Shown in pieces: positions 37,451-47,622 of a stretch of 64,000 nt of DNA (position 1 is its first letter; the number at the start of each line of letters is the position of its first letter). Made by a program: the position numbers and the translations under genes. Origin of the DNA: Sedimentisphaerales bacterium. Its GTDB lineage: Bacteria > Planctomycetota > Phycisphaerae > Sedimentisphaerales > SM23-30. Under the pieces are notes generated by a model. The model was not told the DNA's origin. It saw only the letters and a program-made list of their open reading frames with translations, and did not search any database. Location: assembly GCA_963666285.1 (NCBI GenBank), contig OY762711.1; one strand, written 5' to 3'.

Positions 37451-39217
37451 TTACCAGAAATACCAGTAGAAAACACCAGTGAGAGCTAGAATAATTGCAG
37501 TGTGAACTAAGTCCCACTTATTCCAGCTCTGTTTGGTTTCTGCTAATTGTTCTTCAGTTGCAGTACCCATCACCAGTCCTTTAATTTTTTCTGGATCTGG
37601 AGCCTTGGTGAGCAAGCTGACAATTATCACAACTGCTAGGCAGAATGCCATCATGCCACCGCAGAAAAATAGCCAGTTAACTTCATAAAAATAATGAAGG
37701 AACCAGTTGTTTACACCTGTTTCTTCAGCCCATCTGGTAACGTCACCATTACCGTCAGCATCAAGAAAATTGGCGCTTTTAGCAGTTGTTGTATAATAAA
37801 CTTTTGCTCCAAGGCGAGTTAGTCCAACTACCATACCAGAGATAAGTCCCCACATACCGCCCATAGCGGATGTTCTTTTCCAGGCAATACCCATCAGAAA
37901 TGCTGCTGCAATACCAGGAGCCAATACAGACTGAACATCTTGTAGATATGTATAAAGCACATCTCCAATACTTTTCATTATTGGAATCCATAAAATACCA
38001 AGAATTACAATTACAACTGTTGCAATTCTTCCAACAAGTACCAATTTAGGTTGAGGTGTGTCAGGCTTAAATTTCTGATAGAAATCAATTGTAAATAGCA
38101 TTGCAGATGAGTTAAACAGTGATGCCAGTGAACTCATAAGTGCTGCGAGGATACCGCATACAACAACACCTTTAATACCGGCCGGCAGTAATTGTGCCAC
38201 TAAGCTTGGGAATGCCGCATCAGGTGTTTCCATGCTGAAAGGTACGTCACCAATCATGATGTTTTTCTTAACCATTGCAAATGCAATCATGCCTGGAATA
38301 AGGAATAAAAATACCGGAGTCATCTTCAGGTATGCTCCAAAAATTGCACCGCGTCTTGCTTGTTGCTGGTTTTTGCCGGATAATACACGTTGTACAATAA
38401 ATTGGTCAGTACACCAGTACCAGAAACCAATAATTGATGATCCAAGCAATACACCCAACCAAGGGTATTTTGCGTCATCATTACTTCGTATCAAGTTTGC
38501 CATCGAATCTCCATGTTCATTAACAGGAGTGGCACGTACGACTTCCATCATCTGGTCCCAACCTCCTAATTCTCGGAGGCCTAGGACTAGTATTACTAGT
38601 GAGCCAAGAAGTAGAATAGGGGTCTGAAGAACTGATGTATATAGTACTGATTTCATTCCGCCTAGTACTGTATAAACCGCTGTTATCAAAACCAGGCCAA
38701 TAGCTGATATCCAGAAGAAGTCAATACCCCAAAGAGTTTCAATTCCAAAAACCTGTTGGAATACAAGACCACCGGCATATACTGTAACGGCAACCTTTGT
38801 TAATACGTAACTAATTAACGAGATAAGAGAGAGGATTGTTCGCGATTGAGAATTGTATCGCCTTTCTAGAAACTCTGGCATTGTAAGGACCATACTGCGT
38901 GAGTAAAAAGGCACAAATGCCCAACCTAAAATAAGAATCATCCAACCCTGTATTTCCCAGTGAGCCATAGCCATTCCACTATCTGCACCAGCACCTGCAA
39001 GACCAATTAAGTGTTCAGAGCCAATATTAGAAGCAAAAATAGATGCACCTATTGCCAGCCAACCGGCATCGCGGCCCGCCAGAAAGTAATCATCCGAGGT
39101 TTCTTCTTTCTGTCTTGTTACCCAGACAATAATACCAATCATGGCAATAACAAACAGAGCAAGTACACCCCAATCAAGACCTTGAAAAGCTGCTGAGGCA
39201 AGCATAGAGTCAATCAT
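37451..39217 (-). CDS. Sodium:solute symporter (SLC5), probable xylose/xyloside uptake
   Basis: Motifs DYFLAGR, ASNIGSEH, TMPEFLERRY, YWCTDQFIVQR and AALMSSL. Confidence 0.92.
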   Translation of the reverse strand: MIDSMLASAAFQGLDWGVLALFVIAMIGIIVWVTRQKEETSDDYFLAGRDAGWLAIGASIFASNIGSEHLIGLAGAGADSGMAMAHWEIQGWMILILGWAFVPFYSRSMVLTMPEFLERRYNSQSRTILSLISLISYVLTKVAVTVYAGGLVFQQVFGIETLWGIDFFWISAIGLVLITAVYTVLGGMKSVLYTSVLQTPILLLGSLVILVLGLRELGGWDQMMEVVRATPVNEHGDSMANLIRSNDDAKYPWLGVLLGSSIIGFWYWCTDQFIVQRVLSGKNQQQARRGAIFGAYLKMTPVFLFLIPGMIAFAMVKKNIMIGDVPFSMETPDAAFPSLVAQLLPAGIKGVVVCGILAALMSSLASLFNSSAMLFTIDFYQKFKPDTPQPKLVLVGRIATVVIVILGILWIPIMKSIGDVLYTYLQDVQSVLAPGIAAAFLMGIAWKRTSAMGGMWGLISGMVVGLTRLGAKVYYTTTAKSANFLDADGNGDVTRWAEETGVNNWFLHYFYEVNWLFFCGGMMAFCLAVVIIVSLLTKAPDPEKIKGLVMGTATEEQLAETKQSWNKWDLVHTAIILALTGVFYWYFW

Positions 39218-39328
39218 TGCAAATATCTCCTAAACAAAAGTAATAAAAATACACATACATAAATTATGATGTCATAATGACAGATATAATTCTAAAATAA
39301 TAAGGCTTTATGAAACAGCGACTTACAT

Positions 39329-39389
39329 ATTCTACATTAAAACCGGGCTATTTAAATACCATTTTGCGACAAAAAACATCCAAGTCACG
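39329..39389 (-). promoter_or_regulatory. Putative XylR-activated promoter of the symporter
   Basis: Half-sites CCATTTTGCG (39359) and CCAAGTCACG (39380) are 21 bp apart. The -10 TAGAAT is 24 nt from the proximal site. Confidence 0.65.
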
Positions 39390-39578
39390 CAAACTTAATT
39401 ACAAATTGATATTCTGTAGAACTTATAGAACAAACTTATAATACCTATCAGTCTGCTATATTTAAACAATAAACTTGTAATATAGGTGAAATAGATAAGT
39501 TCTTTTTTCGAAAATACTATAATCCAGCACTTATAAATTAGCAGTTTCAATTGTCTGTTGTCTGGCAATCAGGCAGGT

Positions 39579-40889
39579 TTATATATATGTATTTAGAATA
39601 TTTTCCAGCATTTCCTGGCGTCCGGAGACTATTTCTGGTTCACCGTTTTCCAGGGTAAATTTTTCCAGTTCGGCAAAATTTAATTTACCTGATTCGATTT
39701 CGGCACCGATACCGCTATTCCAGCCGGCATAACGTGTTTTGAGATTGTCTTCAAAAACACCGTCTTCCAGCATTTTAGCTGCATTTTTCAGGCCGCGGGC
39801 AAAAGCGTCCATTGCTCCTATATGTGCGTGGAACAAGTCGTCCGGACAAATGCTCTGACGGCGTACTTTAGCGTCAAAATTCAGACCGCCAGTGGTAAAT
39901 CCGCCGCCTTTGAGAATAGTATACATTGCCAGGGTTGTGTCATAAATATCGGTAGGGAACTGATCTGTGTCCCAGCCAAGGAACAGGTCGCCCCGGTTGG
40001 CATCTACCGAACCTAAGAAGTCGTTAGCAACGCAAAATTCCAGTTCATGCTGGAATGAATGGCCTGCTAATGTAGCATGGTTAGCTTCGATATTCATCTT
40101 GAAATGGTCGAGGAGGTTATATTTTTGCAGAAATGCAAAGCAGTTTCCTGCATCAAAATCATATTGATGCTTGGTTGGCTCTTTTGGCTTAGGCTCAATA
40201 TAGAATTGACCGTCAAATCCTATAGATTTTTTGTGATCAACGGCCATTTGCAGTAGTAATGCCAGGTGATCGAGCTCTCTGCCGAGATCTGTGTTCAATA
40301 ATGTTTCGTAGCCTTCGCGACCACCCCAGAACACATAACCTTCGCCGCCTAATTCTTTGGTAATTTCCAGTGCTTTCTTTATCTGGCTGGCGGCATATGC
40401 AAATACTGCCGGAGATGGATTTGTTCCTGCACCGGCCATAAAGCGACGATGGCTGAAAGCGTTTGTTGTGCCCCAAAGCAGCTTCATGCCATTGTCATTT
40501 TGCAGTTTTTTGGCTAATTCGACTATTTTATCCAGCCTTTTGTTGGTTTCTGCCAGGTTATCGGCTTCAGGAGCAATATCTCTATCGTGGAAGCACCAGA
40601 AATCAACACCCAGTTTGGTAAAAAATTCAAATGCGGCATGCATGGTATCTTCAGCCACCTGCATCGGGTCATTTGAAGAGTTGTATTCGCGAATTATTGT
40701 TGGCGGGCCAAAAGGATCGCCTCCCAGTCCCTTGAATGTATGCCAGTAACAAACAGCAAAACGGAGGTGTTCTGCCATGGATTTTCCCATAATCTTTTCA
40801 TTTGCATTATAATGTCTAAATGCTAATGGATTTTTTGAATCTGGCCCTTCGTATTTTATTTGACTAACATTTGGGAAATATTCTTTCAT
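39579..40889 (-). CDS. xylA: Xylose isomerase (class II)
   Basis: Motifs [38 protein letters not shown] and GWDTDQFP. Confidence 0.98.
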   Translation of the reverse strand: MKEYFPNVSQIKYEGPDSKNPLAFRHYNANEKIMGKSMAEHLRFAVCYWHTFKGLGGDPFGPPTIIREYNSSNDPMQVAEDTMHAAFEFFTKLGVDFWCFHDRDIAPEADNLAETNKRLDKIVELAKKLQNDNGMKLLWGTTNAFSHRRFMAGAGTNPSPAVFAYAASQIKKALEITKELGGEGYVFWGGREGYETLLNTDLGRELDHLALLLQMAVDHKKSIGFDGQFYIEPKPKEPTKHQYDFDAGNCFAFLQKYNLLDHFKMNIEANHATLAGHSFQHELEFCVANDFLGSVDANRGDLFLGWDTDQFPTDIYDTTLAMYTILKGGGFTTGGLNFDAKVRRQSICPDDLFHAHIGAMDAFARGLKNAAKMLEDGVFEDNLKTRYAGWNSGIGAEIESGKLNFAELEKFTLENGEPEIVSGRQEMLENILNTYI

Positions 40890-40980
40890 TATTGCCTCCG
40901 AAAATATATATTGAAACCAAGAAATATTATGTTATCAGTTGAAATTCTATAAATATAGACATTTGTTAATTATTTTTTTC

Positions 40981-41041
40981 ATTATAGTTCAATATTGTTT
41001 GTTTACTAGTCCATTTTACGTTAAAATATAACCATGTTGCG
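40981..41041 (-). promoter_or_regulatory. Putative XylR-activated promoter of xylA
   Basis: Half-sites CCATTTTACG (41011) and CCATGTTGCG (41032) are 21 bp apart. The -10 TATAAT is 24 nt from the proximal site. Confidence 0.65.
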
Positions 41042-41063
41042 CATGATTTAATGGAGGCAATTA

Positions 41064-42212
41064 ATGAAAAAAGTACTAATACTGATTGATACTGCCCGTG
41101 TTGTTGGCAGAAAGTTTCTATCTGGTGTCGAGAGGTACATCAATAGTCACGACCAATGGGAAGTTTGTACCTTGCTGCCTGATTATCTAATAAAAAATGG
41201 CCAGGAGCAGTTTACATGGTTCAAGCTGGATGAAGCAGACGGCATTATTGCTTTGGATTCCAAATTTACCTCGGAGTTTTTGAAACTCAATGTGCCAATA
41301 CTTGTCAGCGATACAATTCTTGAGGTTGTTCCAGGCTCTACAAGTATATATACCGATTCTGATAAAATAGGGAAAAAAGCGGCTGAATATTTTGTTGGTT
41401 TAGGTTTCACTAATTTTGCTTTTTGCGGTTTTGATGATATTCCGTGGTCAAATAAGCGATTCACTTCATTTTCTGAACAAATTGCGTCTTCTTCTATTGG
41501 TAAGGTTTATAACTATTCAGATCACCCAAATCGAAATCCTGTTGGAAGTTTTTCTGACAGGGTAAGTATAGCAGAGTGGCTTGAAGGTTTGCCAAAGCCT
41601 GTTTCTGTCTTTGCCTGTAATGATGACAGGGGAATAAATGTATTGGAAGCCTGCCGGATTGCCAAATTAAAAGTTCCTGAAGAGGTTGCTGTGCTGGGGG
41701 TTGATAATGATGAGCTGGTATGTGGCTTGTCATCGCCGCCTATGTCTAGTATTGATATGAATTTTGAAGGGGCCGGTTATGAATCAGCCAGGATTCTGAA
41801 TGATCAGATGAATAACGGTCCTTCAGTAGCAGATATTACAGTTGAACCTTTTGATATAATTACCAGGCAGTCCAGCAATATTATGGCAGTGGATGATTCT
41901 GAATTGACTGACGCTTTGGTATTTATCCGTCAAAATTACCAGAAAAATATCCAGGTACAGGATGTTGTAAATTCTACTTCAATTTCACGTCGAGAACTTG
42001 AACTAAGGTTCCAGAAACTGCTTAAAAAGTCCATAAAAGATGAAATTAATAAGCATAGGATACAATTAGCAAAGAGAAAACTGATGTATTCCAGCCAACC
42101 AATCTATGTTGTAGCAAATTCTTTAAGCTTTACCGACCCTGAACATTTTGCCAGATTTTTCAAGAAAAACACAGGCATGTCGCCAAGGCAGTTTAGAAGT
42201 AATTATTCATAA
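41064..42212 (+). CDS. xylR: XylR-type regulator (periplasmic-binding-protein fold + AraC HTH)
   Basis: Motifs FACNDD, VPEEVAVLGVDND and TRQSS. AraC HTH SRRELELRF...FKKNTGMSPRQFR. Divergent from xylA. Confidence 0.88.
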   Translation: MKKVLILIDTARVVGRKFLSGVERYINSHDQWEVCTLLPDYLIKNGQEQFTWFKLDEADGIIALDSKFTSEFLKLNVPILVSDTILEVVPGSTSIYTDSDKIGKKAAEYFVGLGFTNFAFCGFDDIPWSNKRFTSFSEQIASSSIGKVYNYSDHPNRNPVGSFSDRVSIAEWLEGLPKPVSVFACNDDRGINVLEACRIAKLKVPEEVAVLGVDNDELVCGLSSPPMSSIDMNFEGAGYESARILNDQMNNGPSVADITVEPFDIITRQSSNIMAVDDSELTDALVFIRQNYQKNIQVQDVVNSTSISRRELELRFQKLLKKSIKDEINKHRIQLAKRKLMYSSQPIYVVANSLSFTDPEHFARFFKKNTGMSPRQFRSNYS

Positions 42213-42446
42213 CATTTATTGCATACCAGATGATTGATAGCGGCTCATTGTTATGGTTTTATAAGGTGTTTAATAACAGTATATTACGGTTTAATTTTAA
42301 ACCATTTGTTAGTCTTATTTGAAAAACTGGTATATTTTTTGTATAATTCTTCGGATTAGTACTAATTTGTTGATTGACAAATAAATATATGATTTAGAAA
42401 ATATATAATATATTAAAAATAATAAATGTTCGAAAAGGACTATTAA

Positions 42447-42677
42447 ATGACAACAAAGTCAAAATCATATCCTTTGATAAATGAATTAGAATGTAAAGGA
42501 TGTGGTAACTGCACTTATGCCTGCCCGCTCAATTTACTTGAGTTGGGTGATGTGATAAATAAACGCGGTTATGTTTTTGTTCAATATTGCGGAACAGGCT
42601 GCATTGGATGCGGTAATTGTTTTTATGCCTGCCCTGAATTTGGGGCTATTGAAGTAATTAATTCTGAAGAAGAATAA
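42447..42677 (+). CDS. 2x[4Fe-4S] ferredoxin subunit of 2-oxoacid:ferredoxin oxidoreductase
   Basis: CKGCGNC...CP and CIGCGNC...CP. Confidence 0.92.
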   Translation: MTTKSKSYPLINELECKGCGNCTYACPLNLLELGDVINKRGYVFVQYCGTGCIGCGNCFYACPEFGAIEVINSEEE

Positions 42678-42801
42678 GACCTGTAAAATAGCAATATTTA
42701 TGTGAAGAGGGTATTAAAATTCAGGTTAGTATATACCCTTATTTAACCTGAAAAACCAGATTAGATGGAGTTAATCTGGAATACAACGGAATGGAGCTGA
42801 T

Positions 42802-43860
42802 ATGGCAATTCAAATGATAAAAGGTAATGCAGCAGTAATAGCTGGTGCATTGTATGCTGGGTGTGATTGCTATTTTGGTTACCCGATAACTCCTGCCAGT
42901 GAAGTTTTGCATGAAGCTTCTCAGTTATTCCCTAAATTAGGAAGAAAATTTGTCCAGGCCGAATCTGAAGAAGCAGCGATAAATATGGTTTATGGCGGAG
43001 CATCTGCCGGTCACAGGGTTATGACTGCATCGTCCGGTCCGGGAATAAGTTTAAAACAGGAAGGTATCTCATATTTAGCCGGGGCTGAACTGCCATGTGT
43101 TATTGTTGATATCATGCGAGCCGGTCCGGGTTTGGGTAATATTGGTCCTGAGCAGGGTGATTATTTCCAGATTGTTAAAGGTGGAGGCCACGGCAACTAT
43201 AAAAATATAGTCCTGGCACCAAACTCTGTGCAGGAAATGTGTGATATGACAATTACTGCTTTTGATCTAGCATTTAAATATCGCAATCCGGTTTTTATTT
43301 TAGCTGATGCTGTTTTGGGACAAATGATCGAACCTATTAAATTCCCTGACTATGCAATTGAACCGAAAATTGATACAGATTGGGCTGTATGCGGCACTTC
43401 GGCTACAAATGACAATCTTATTACATCCATATTTCTGGATTTTGACCAGTTGGAAGAATTAAATCTGAAGCTTCAGAAAAAATATCAAGTTATCCAGGAT
43501 AATGAAGTAGATTTTGAAACCTTCATGATCGATGATGCGGATATTATAATCGTAACTTATGGGATATTAAGCAGAATTGCCTGTACTGCTATTGAGATAG
43601 TTCGAGAAGAGGGCTTAAAGGTTGGATTATTCAGGCCTAAAACTCTTTTCCCTTTCGGTGCTGACCAGCTTAAGGCAATTGCTGAGATAAATGATAGTAG
43701 GATATTGGTTGCTGAGATGAGTAATGGACAGTTTTTTGATGATGTCAGACTTGCAGTGGAATGTTCCCGACCGGTCGATTTGATCAGCCGCTGCGGTGGG
43801 AATTTGATATCTGTTGCCGAGATGATTGATCGGCTGCGTTCATTGGCTCCGGTACATTGA
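42802..43860 (+). CDS. vorB: 2-oxoacid:ferredoxin oxidoreductase alpha subunit (VorB-like)
   Basis: Motifs [31 protein letters not shown] and EMSNGQ. Confidence 0.85.
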   Translation: MAIQMIKGNAAVIAGALYAGCDCYFGYPITPASEVLHEASQLFPKLGRKFVQAESEEAAINMVYGGASAGHRVMTASSGPGISLKQEGISYLAGAELPCVIVDIMRAGPGLGNIGPEQGDYFQIVKGGGHGNYKNIVLAPNSVQEMCDMTITAFDLAFKYRNPVFILADAVLGQMIEPIKFPDYAIEPKIDTDWAVCGTSATNDNLITSIFLDFDQLEELNLKLQKKYQVIQDNEVDFETFMIDDADIIIVTYGILSRIACTAIEIVREEGLKVGLFRPKTLFPFGADQLKAIAEINDSRILVAEMSNGQFFDDVRLAVECSRPVDLISRCGGNLISVAEMIDRLRSLAPVH

Positions 43861-43882
43861 AAAATATCTGATTGAGATTGAT

Positions 43883-45322
43883 ATGGTAAAAAAGAATTTT
43901 AAAAGACCAAAGTCATTATATAAACAATTTACTCGCAAAGGAGGGGCAGCTGATACAGCCTCTCATTACTGTCCGGGATGCGGGCATGGGATTATCCATA
44001 AACTCATCGCTGAAGCTATTGACGACTTTTCTATTCAAGATAGAACTGTTTTGATTAGTCCGGTAGGATGTGCTGTTTTTGCATATTATTATTTTAATGT
44101 TGGAAATGTCCAGGCTGCTCACGGCAGGGCTCCTGCTGTTGCTACCGGCATAAGTCGCACAAGGGACGATGCGGTTGTAATTTCCTATCAGGGTGATGGA
44201 GATTTGGCTTCGATCGGCTTAAATGAGACTATTCAGGCGGCTAATCGAGGCGAGAAAATGGCTGTAATTTTTGTTAACAATACAGTCTATGGCATGACCG
44301 GCGGTCAGATGGCGCCAACCACTCTGATTGGTGAATCAACAGTTACTTGCCCGGAAGGCAGAGATGCTCAGCAAGCAGGGTTTCCGTTACATGTTTGTGA
44401 ATTGCTTCAGACTTTGAAAGCTCCTGTTTACATCGAGCGGGTAAGTATATCAGACATCAAGCATATAAAACAGGCTCGTAAAGCTATCCGGAAAGCATTG
44501 GAAATTCAGCGTGACGGCAAAGGTTATGCTTTTGTCGAGATTTTGACTGTATGCCCCATTAATCTTAGGTTTGACACAAAACAGTGTTCGGACTGGATAA
44601 ATGAACATATGGAAAAAGAATTTCCTTTAGGTGTCTATCGGGATATTTCTGACCAGGTTAAGCCGATTAAGAGACCTGATTCTGATTTTACCCTAAAATC
44701 GCTTAATGAGCTTTACCAGCATGATACAAAAGGTATTTCCGAACCGGTTTTTGATCCGGATTATGGCACAATAGCTCTTAGAGCTTCTGGTTTTGGCGGT
44801 CAGGGCTTATTAAGTATGGGATTGATTATGGCTCAAGCGGGATGCAAGTCTTTAAGGTTTGTTTCCTGGCTGCCTTCATACGGTCCCGAACAGCGTGGCG
44901 GCACTTCTAATTGCTCGGTAATTGTATCCGGGCAAGTAGTTAGTTCTCCTGCTTTTAATAAAAGTGACATACTGGTTGCTCTTAACAGACCTTCTCTGGA
45001 CAGGTTTGTTTCTGAAATCAATCATGGTGGGGTAGTAGTATATGATTCTACTATTGGAGATTATGAATTTCCATCTCACCTGAAAGTTTTTTCTGCTCCC
45101 GCTCTTGAAACTGCTCAGAAGCTTGGAATTCCTAAGTCGGCTAATGTCTTTATGCTTGGGATACTGTTTGCCTTAGATGTGTATAAGATCGATTTGGAGA
45201 TTTTCAGGGAAGCTATCAGCGATATGTTTGCCGGACGCAAAAAGCTGACCGAAGACAATCTCAAAATCTTTGATTATGCTGTCAACTGGGCCGCGGCAAA
45301 TCTTATTGCCGTTGAACATTAA
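43883..45322 (+). CDS. 2-oxoacid:ferredoxin oxidoreductase fused beta (TPP-binding) and gamma subunit
   Basis: Beta part YCPGCGHG, HGRAPA, QGDGD and YGMTGGQ. Gamma part SGFGGQG and SYGPEQRGG. ATG 43883 is preferred. Confidence 0.9.
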   Translation: MVKKNFKRPKSLYKQFTRKGGAADTASHYCPGCGHGIIHKLIAEAIDDFSIQDRTVLISPVGCAVFAYYYFNVGNVQAAHGRAPAVATGISRTRDDAVVISYQGDGDLASIGLNETIQAANRGEKMAVIFVNNTVYGMTGGQMAPTTLIGESTVTCPEGRDAQQAGFPLHVCELLQTLKAPVYIERVSISDIKHIKQARKAIRKALEIQRDGKGYAFVEILTVCPINLRFDTKQCSDWINEHMEKEFPLGVYRDISDQVKPIKRPDSDFTLKSLNELYQHDTKGISEPVFDPDYGTIALRASGFGGQGLLSMGLIMAQAGCKSLRFVSWLPSYGPEQRGGTSNCSVIVSGQVVSSPAFNKSDILVALNRPSLDRFVSEINHGGVVVYDSTIGDYEFPSHLKVFSAPALETAQKLGIPKSANVFMLGILFALDVYKIDLEIFREAISDMFAGRKKLTEDNLKIFDYAVNWAAANLIAVEH

Positions 45323-45337
45323 TAATAAATATGTCTT

Positions 45338-46087
45338 ATGTTTATAACAAGAGCTGTTAAAATATATTATAGGTCTAGTGATGGGAAAATATCTGCATCC
45401 CGTTCAGGTTTAAATTTGCTGGAATATGTTCCAGTCAAATTGTGGCTCTCGTTTGAAGGCCGGGTAAACAAATCCAGCGGCTTAATTGTAAATGTCAGTC
45501 ATATCAAGAAAATGGTCAGGGCGTATCTTGAAACTCATGATGTTTACTGTACCTCTATATATGATATACTCTCATGGGCCGGTAGAAGTTTTGTCAGCAT
45601 TTTTGACAATTGTACGCTCAGCAAAGTTAAGTTAGAGTATGATGACAATAATTATTCAGTTTTAACCGGATCGCTAAATATGATTACTATTACCAGGATA
45701 TATGAGCTTGCAGCAGCACACAGACTGTGGAATGACCAGTGGGACAGTGAAAAAAACTTTCAGGAATTTGGTAAATGTGCTAATCCAAACGGCCACGGCC
45801 ATAATTATACCCTTGAGGTGTCTGTAAGATGCGATAAAGATGATATAAATTCTTATGGCTTGGAAGTTGATCAGCTGGATGCCCTGGTTGAAATGCATGT
45901 TATCGATAAACTGGATCACAAAAATCTGTGTCTGGATATTCCTGAAATGAAGGGAATGGTGCCAACGGTAGAAAATATGGTAGTTGTGGTGTGGGAAATG
46001 CTCGAAGATAAAATCATTAACGGAAAATTATCTAACTTGAGAATCTGGGAAACACAAAATACATATGCAGATTACTCAGGAAGCTAA
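45338..46087 (+). CDS. 6-pyruvoyl-tetrahydropterin synthase/QueD family, tandem two-domain form with degenerate N-domain
   Basis: C-domain AAHRL...GKC.NPNGHGHNY...LDHKNL...TVEN...WET. The N-domain lacks the His/Cys ligands. Confidence 0.85.
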   Translation: MFITRAVKIYYRSSDGKISASRSGLNLLEYVPVKLWLSFEGRVNKSSGLIVNVSHIKKMVRAYLETHDVYCTSIYDILSWAGRSFVSIFDNCTLSKVKLEYDDNNYSVLTGSLNMITITRIYELAAAHRLWNDQWDSEKNFQEFGKCANPNGHGHNYTLEVSVRCDKDDINSYGLEVDQLDALVEMHVIDKLDHKNLCLDIPEMKGMVPTVENMVVVVWEMLEDKIINGKLSNLRIWETQNTYADYSGS

Positions 46088-46422
46088 TTACCATAATAAT
46101 TATTGTTTGTCGGTGAGTTAATTCTACGCTGCTGAAATGCTCTGCCAAGGTTGGCAACTGCTAATTTTCGTATTTCCCCATTTCCCTGGGAACTGAATAC
46201 TGTCAATTCCTGGGTATTTTTATTGGCAACCCAGAGTAAATCCGGCACGCTTGTTCCGGATGTTGTAGTGGTCACAATGTAATACCCGGCTCTCGTTGTT
46301 GAACCAAGCGGACTTAAAAAAGGCTGGTCACCTATTGCTGCCCAGCAGGCAGAAAGAACTGCCAGACTGAACAATAAAAACGCTATTAAAGAATTCTTTG
46401 AAATAAATATATTATCACACAT
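46084..46422 (-). CDS. Small exported hypothetical protein
   Basis: 112 aa with an N-terminal hydrophobic segment. Shares a WV(A/I)(N/D)..T..(L/V)T pattern with the neighbouring ORF. Confidence 0.7.
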   Translation of the reverse strand: MCDNIFISKNSLIAFLLFSLAVLSACWAAIGDQPFLSPLGSTTRAGYYIVTTTTSGTSVPDLLWVANKNTQELTVFSSQGNGEIRKLAVANLGRAFQQRRINSPTNNNYYGN

Positions 46423-46457
46423 TATATTGCACCTGACATTTAGTATCTTATCTTTGT

Positions 46458-46742
46458 TTACGGCATATTGTTTATTGCAGAAACCTGGCCCCAGTCAATA
46501 CTTTTAGTTTCATAATTATACATGCAGTTAGTTACCTGGTGTGTTTTTAGATCTATTACCCAAATGAACTGCTTTCCAAGAATATGATTACCGGGAGTGA
46601 GAATGTAGTCGTTTTCAATTACTTGGCCGTAAGCTTTTGGCGTGGGGTCGAAATAGTGAAAAGCTATAGAGGTCAGAATAAACAGATTCAAAGAAACTAA
46701 TATTAGAATAATATTATCTTTTGTGATTTTCATTACCGACAC
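46458..46742 (-). CDS. Small membrane-anchored hypothetical protein
   Basis: 94 aa with an AAGGAG RBS and an N-terminal TM segment. Confidence 0.7.
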   Translation of the reverse strand: MSVMKITKDNIILILVSLNLFILTSIAFHYFDPTPKAYGQVIENDYILTPGNHILGKQFIWVIDLKTHQVTNCMYNYETKSIDWGQVSAINNMP

Positions 46743-46796
46743 TCCTTTCGTAAAAGTTCGATAACAAAGAATTATATTGAATTAATAATTTAAGAT

Positions 46797-47018
46797 TTAA
46801 TCCAGGTGAGTGCGTTTGCTGTTTTTTAAGCCGACAACAATTGCACCTGCACTGAGGATAGAACCTACGAACCATGGACCGGCAGGGCCTGGTCTGTCAT
46901 CTTCAGGGATCGAACTTACAGAATTTCCATATTGTGCCTTAACATTTCCGGTCAAAATTGCACTATTAATGAACAGGGCGACAAGTATTATTATGGTCTT
47001 TGATGCAAATCTTTTCAT
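46797..47018 (-). CDS. Small protein: signal peptide, short linker, C-terminal TM and basic tail (KNSKRTHLD)
   Basis: 73-aa ORF with a VKA-Q signal peptidase I site. Confidence 0.7.
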   Translation of the reverse strand: MKRFASKTIIILVALFINSAILTGNVKAQYGNSVSSIPEDDRPGPAGPWFVGSILSAGAIVVGLKNSKRTHLD

Positions 47019-47133
47019 AAGTTAATGTCTTATAATGCTTTATGGGTGATTAGTGTTTTAGTCACGTACATATCTATTTATAGTGATTATAATCGAAAGG
47101 TGCGTGGTTTTTAAAGATAAATTTGTAGTTTAT

Positions 47134-47622
47134 TTATTCTTTGTCTAGAGGGATTAAACTATAAATATTTATTTTAACAGATATTGCATCATTTTGGGCT
47201 ATTTCTATCGTGGGATTTCCAAGGCTGAGTTCCTCGGATGTTTTTATTAGGGGGGCAATTTGTTGGGTTTCCAGGTTACGCCCGTCTATGTGGTATGTAA
47301 TTAAATTGAATGGGCCAATTTGTTCGGGTACAGAGCTTTTGATACTAAACTTATCCTGAGAATATATCTTGGATATTTTCAGTTTCTCAATTATCAGTGC
47401 CTCGTTAACCGGATTCTTTTTGTAGTTTTGTTGTAGCATATCGCAATATTTGTTAAATTTATCAATATTTGAGCTGATAGCTTCCATTTCCTGTTTGATT
47501 TCGATTTTATTGGGAATAGTACGTTCCAGCTGCCGGTTTTCTTTAATCAGGGAATTGGCATACAGCATACAGCCGAATATGATTATTAATAACAGTGCTA
47601 TTATTTTTTGTTTCTTATTCAT
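47134..47622 (-). CDS. Probable T2SS GspM/PilO-position protein
   Basis: N-terminal TM and coiled coil. Last gene of the T2SS cluster; the call rests on synteny. Confidence 0.5.
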   Translation of the reverse strand: MNKKQKIIALLLIIIFGCMLYANSLIKENRQLERTIPNKIEIKQEMEAISSNIDKFNKYCDMLQQNYKKNPVNEALIIEKLKISKIYSQDKFSIKSSVPEQIGPFNLITYHIDGRNLETQQIAPLIKTSEELSLGNPTIEIAQNDAISVKINIYSLIPLDKE

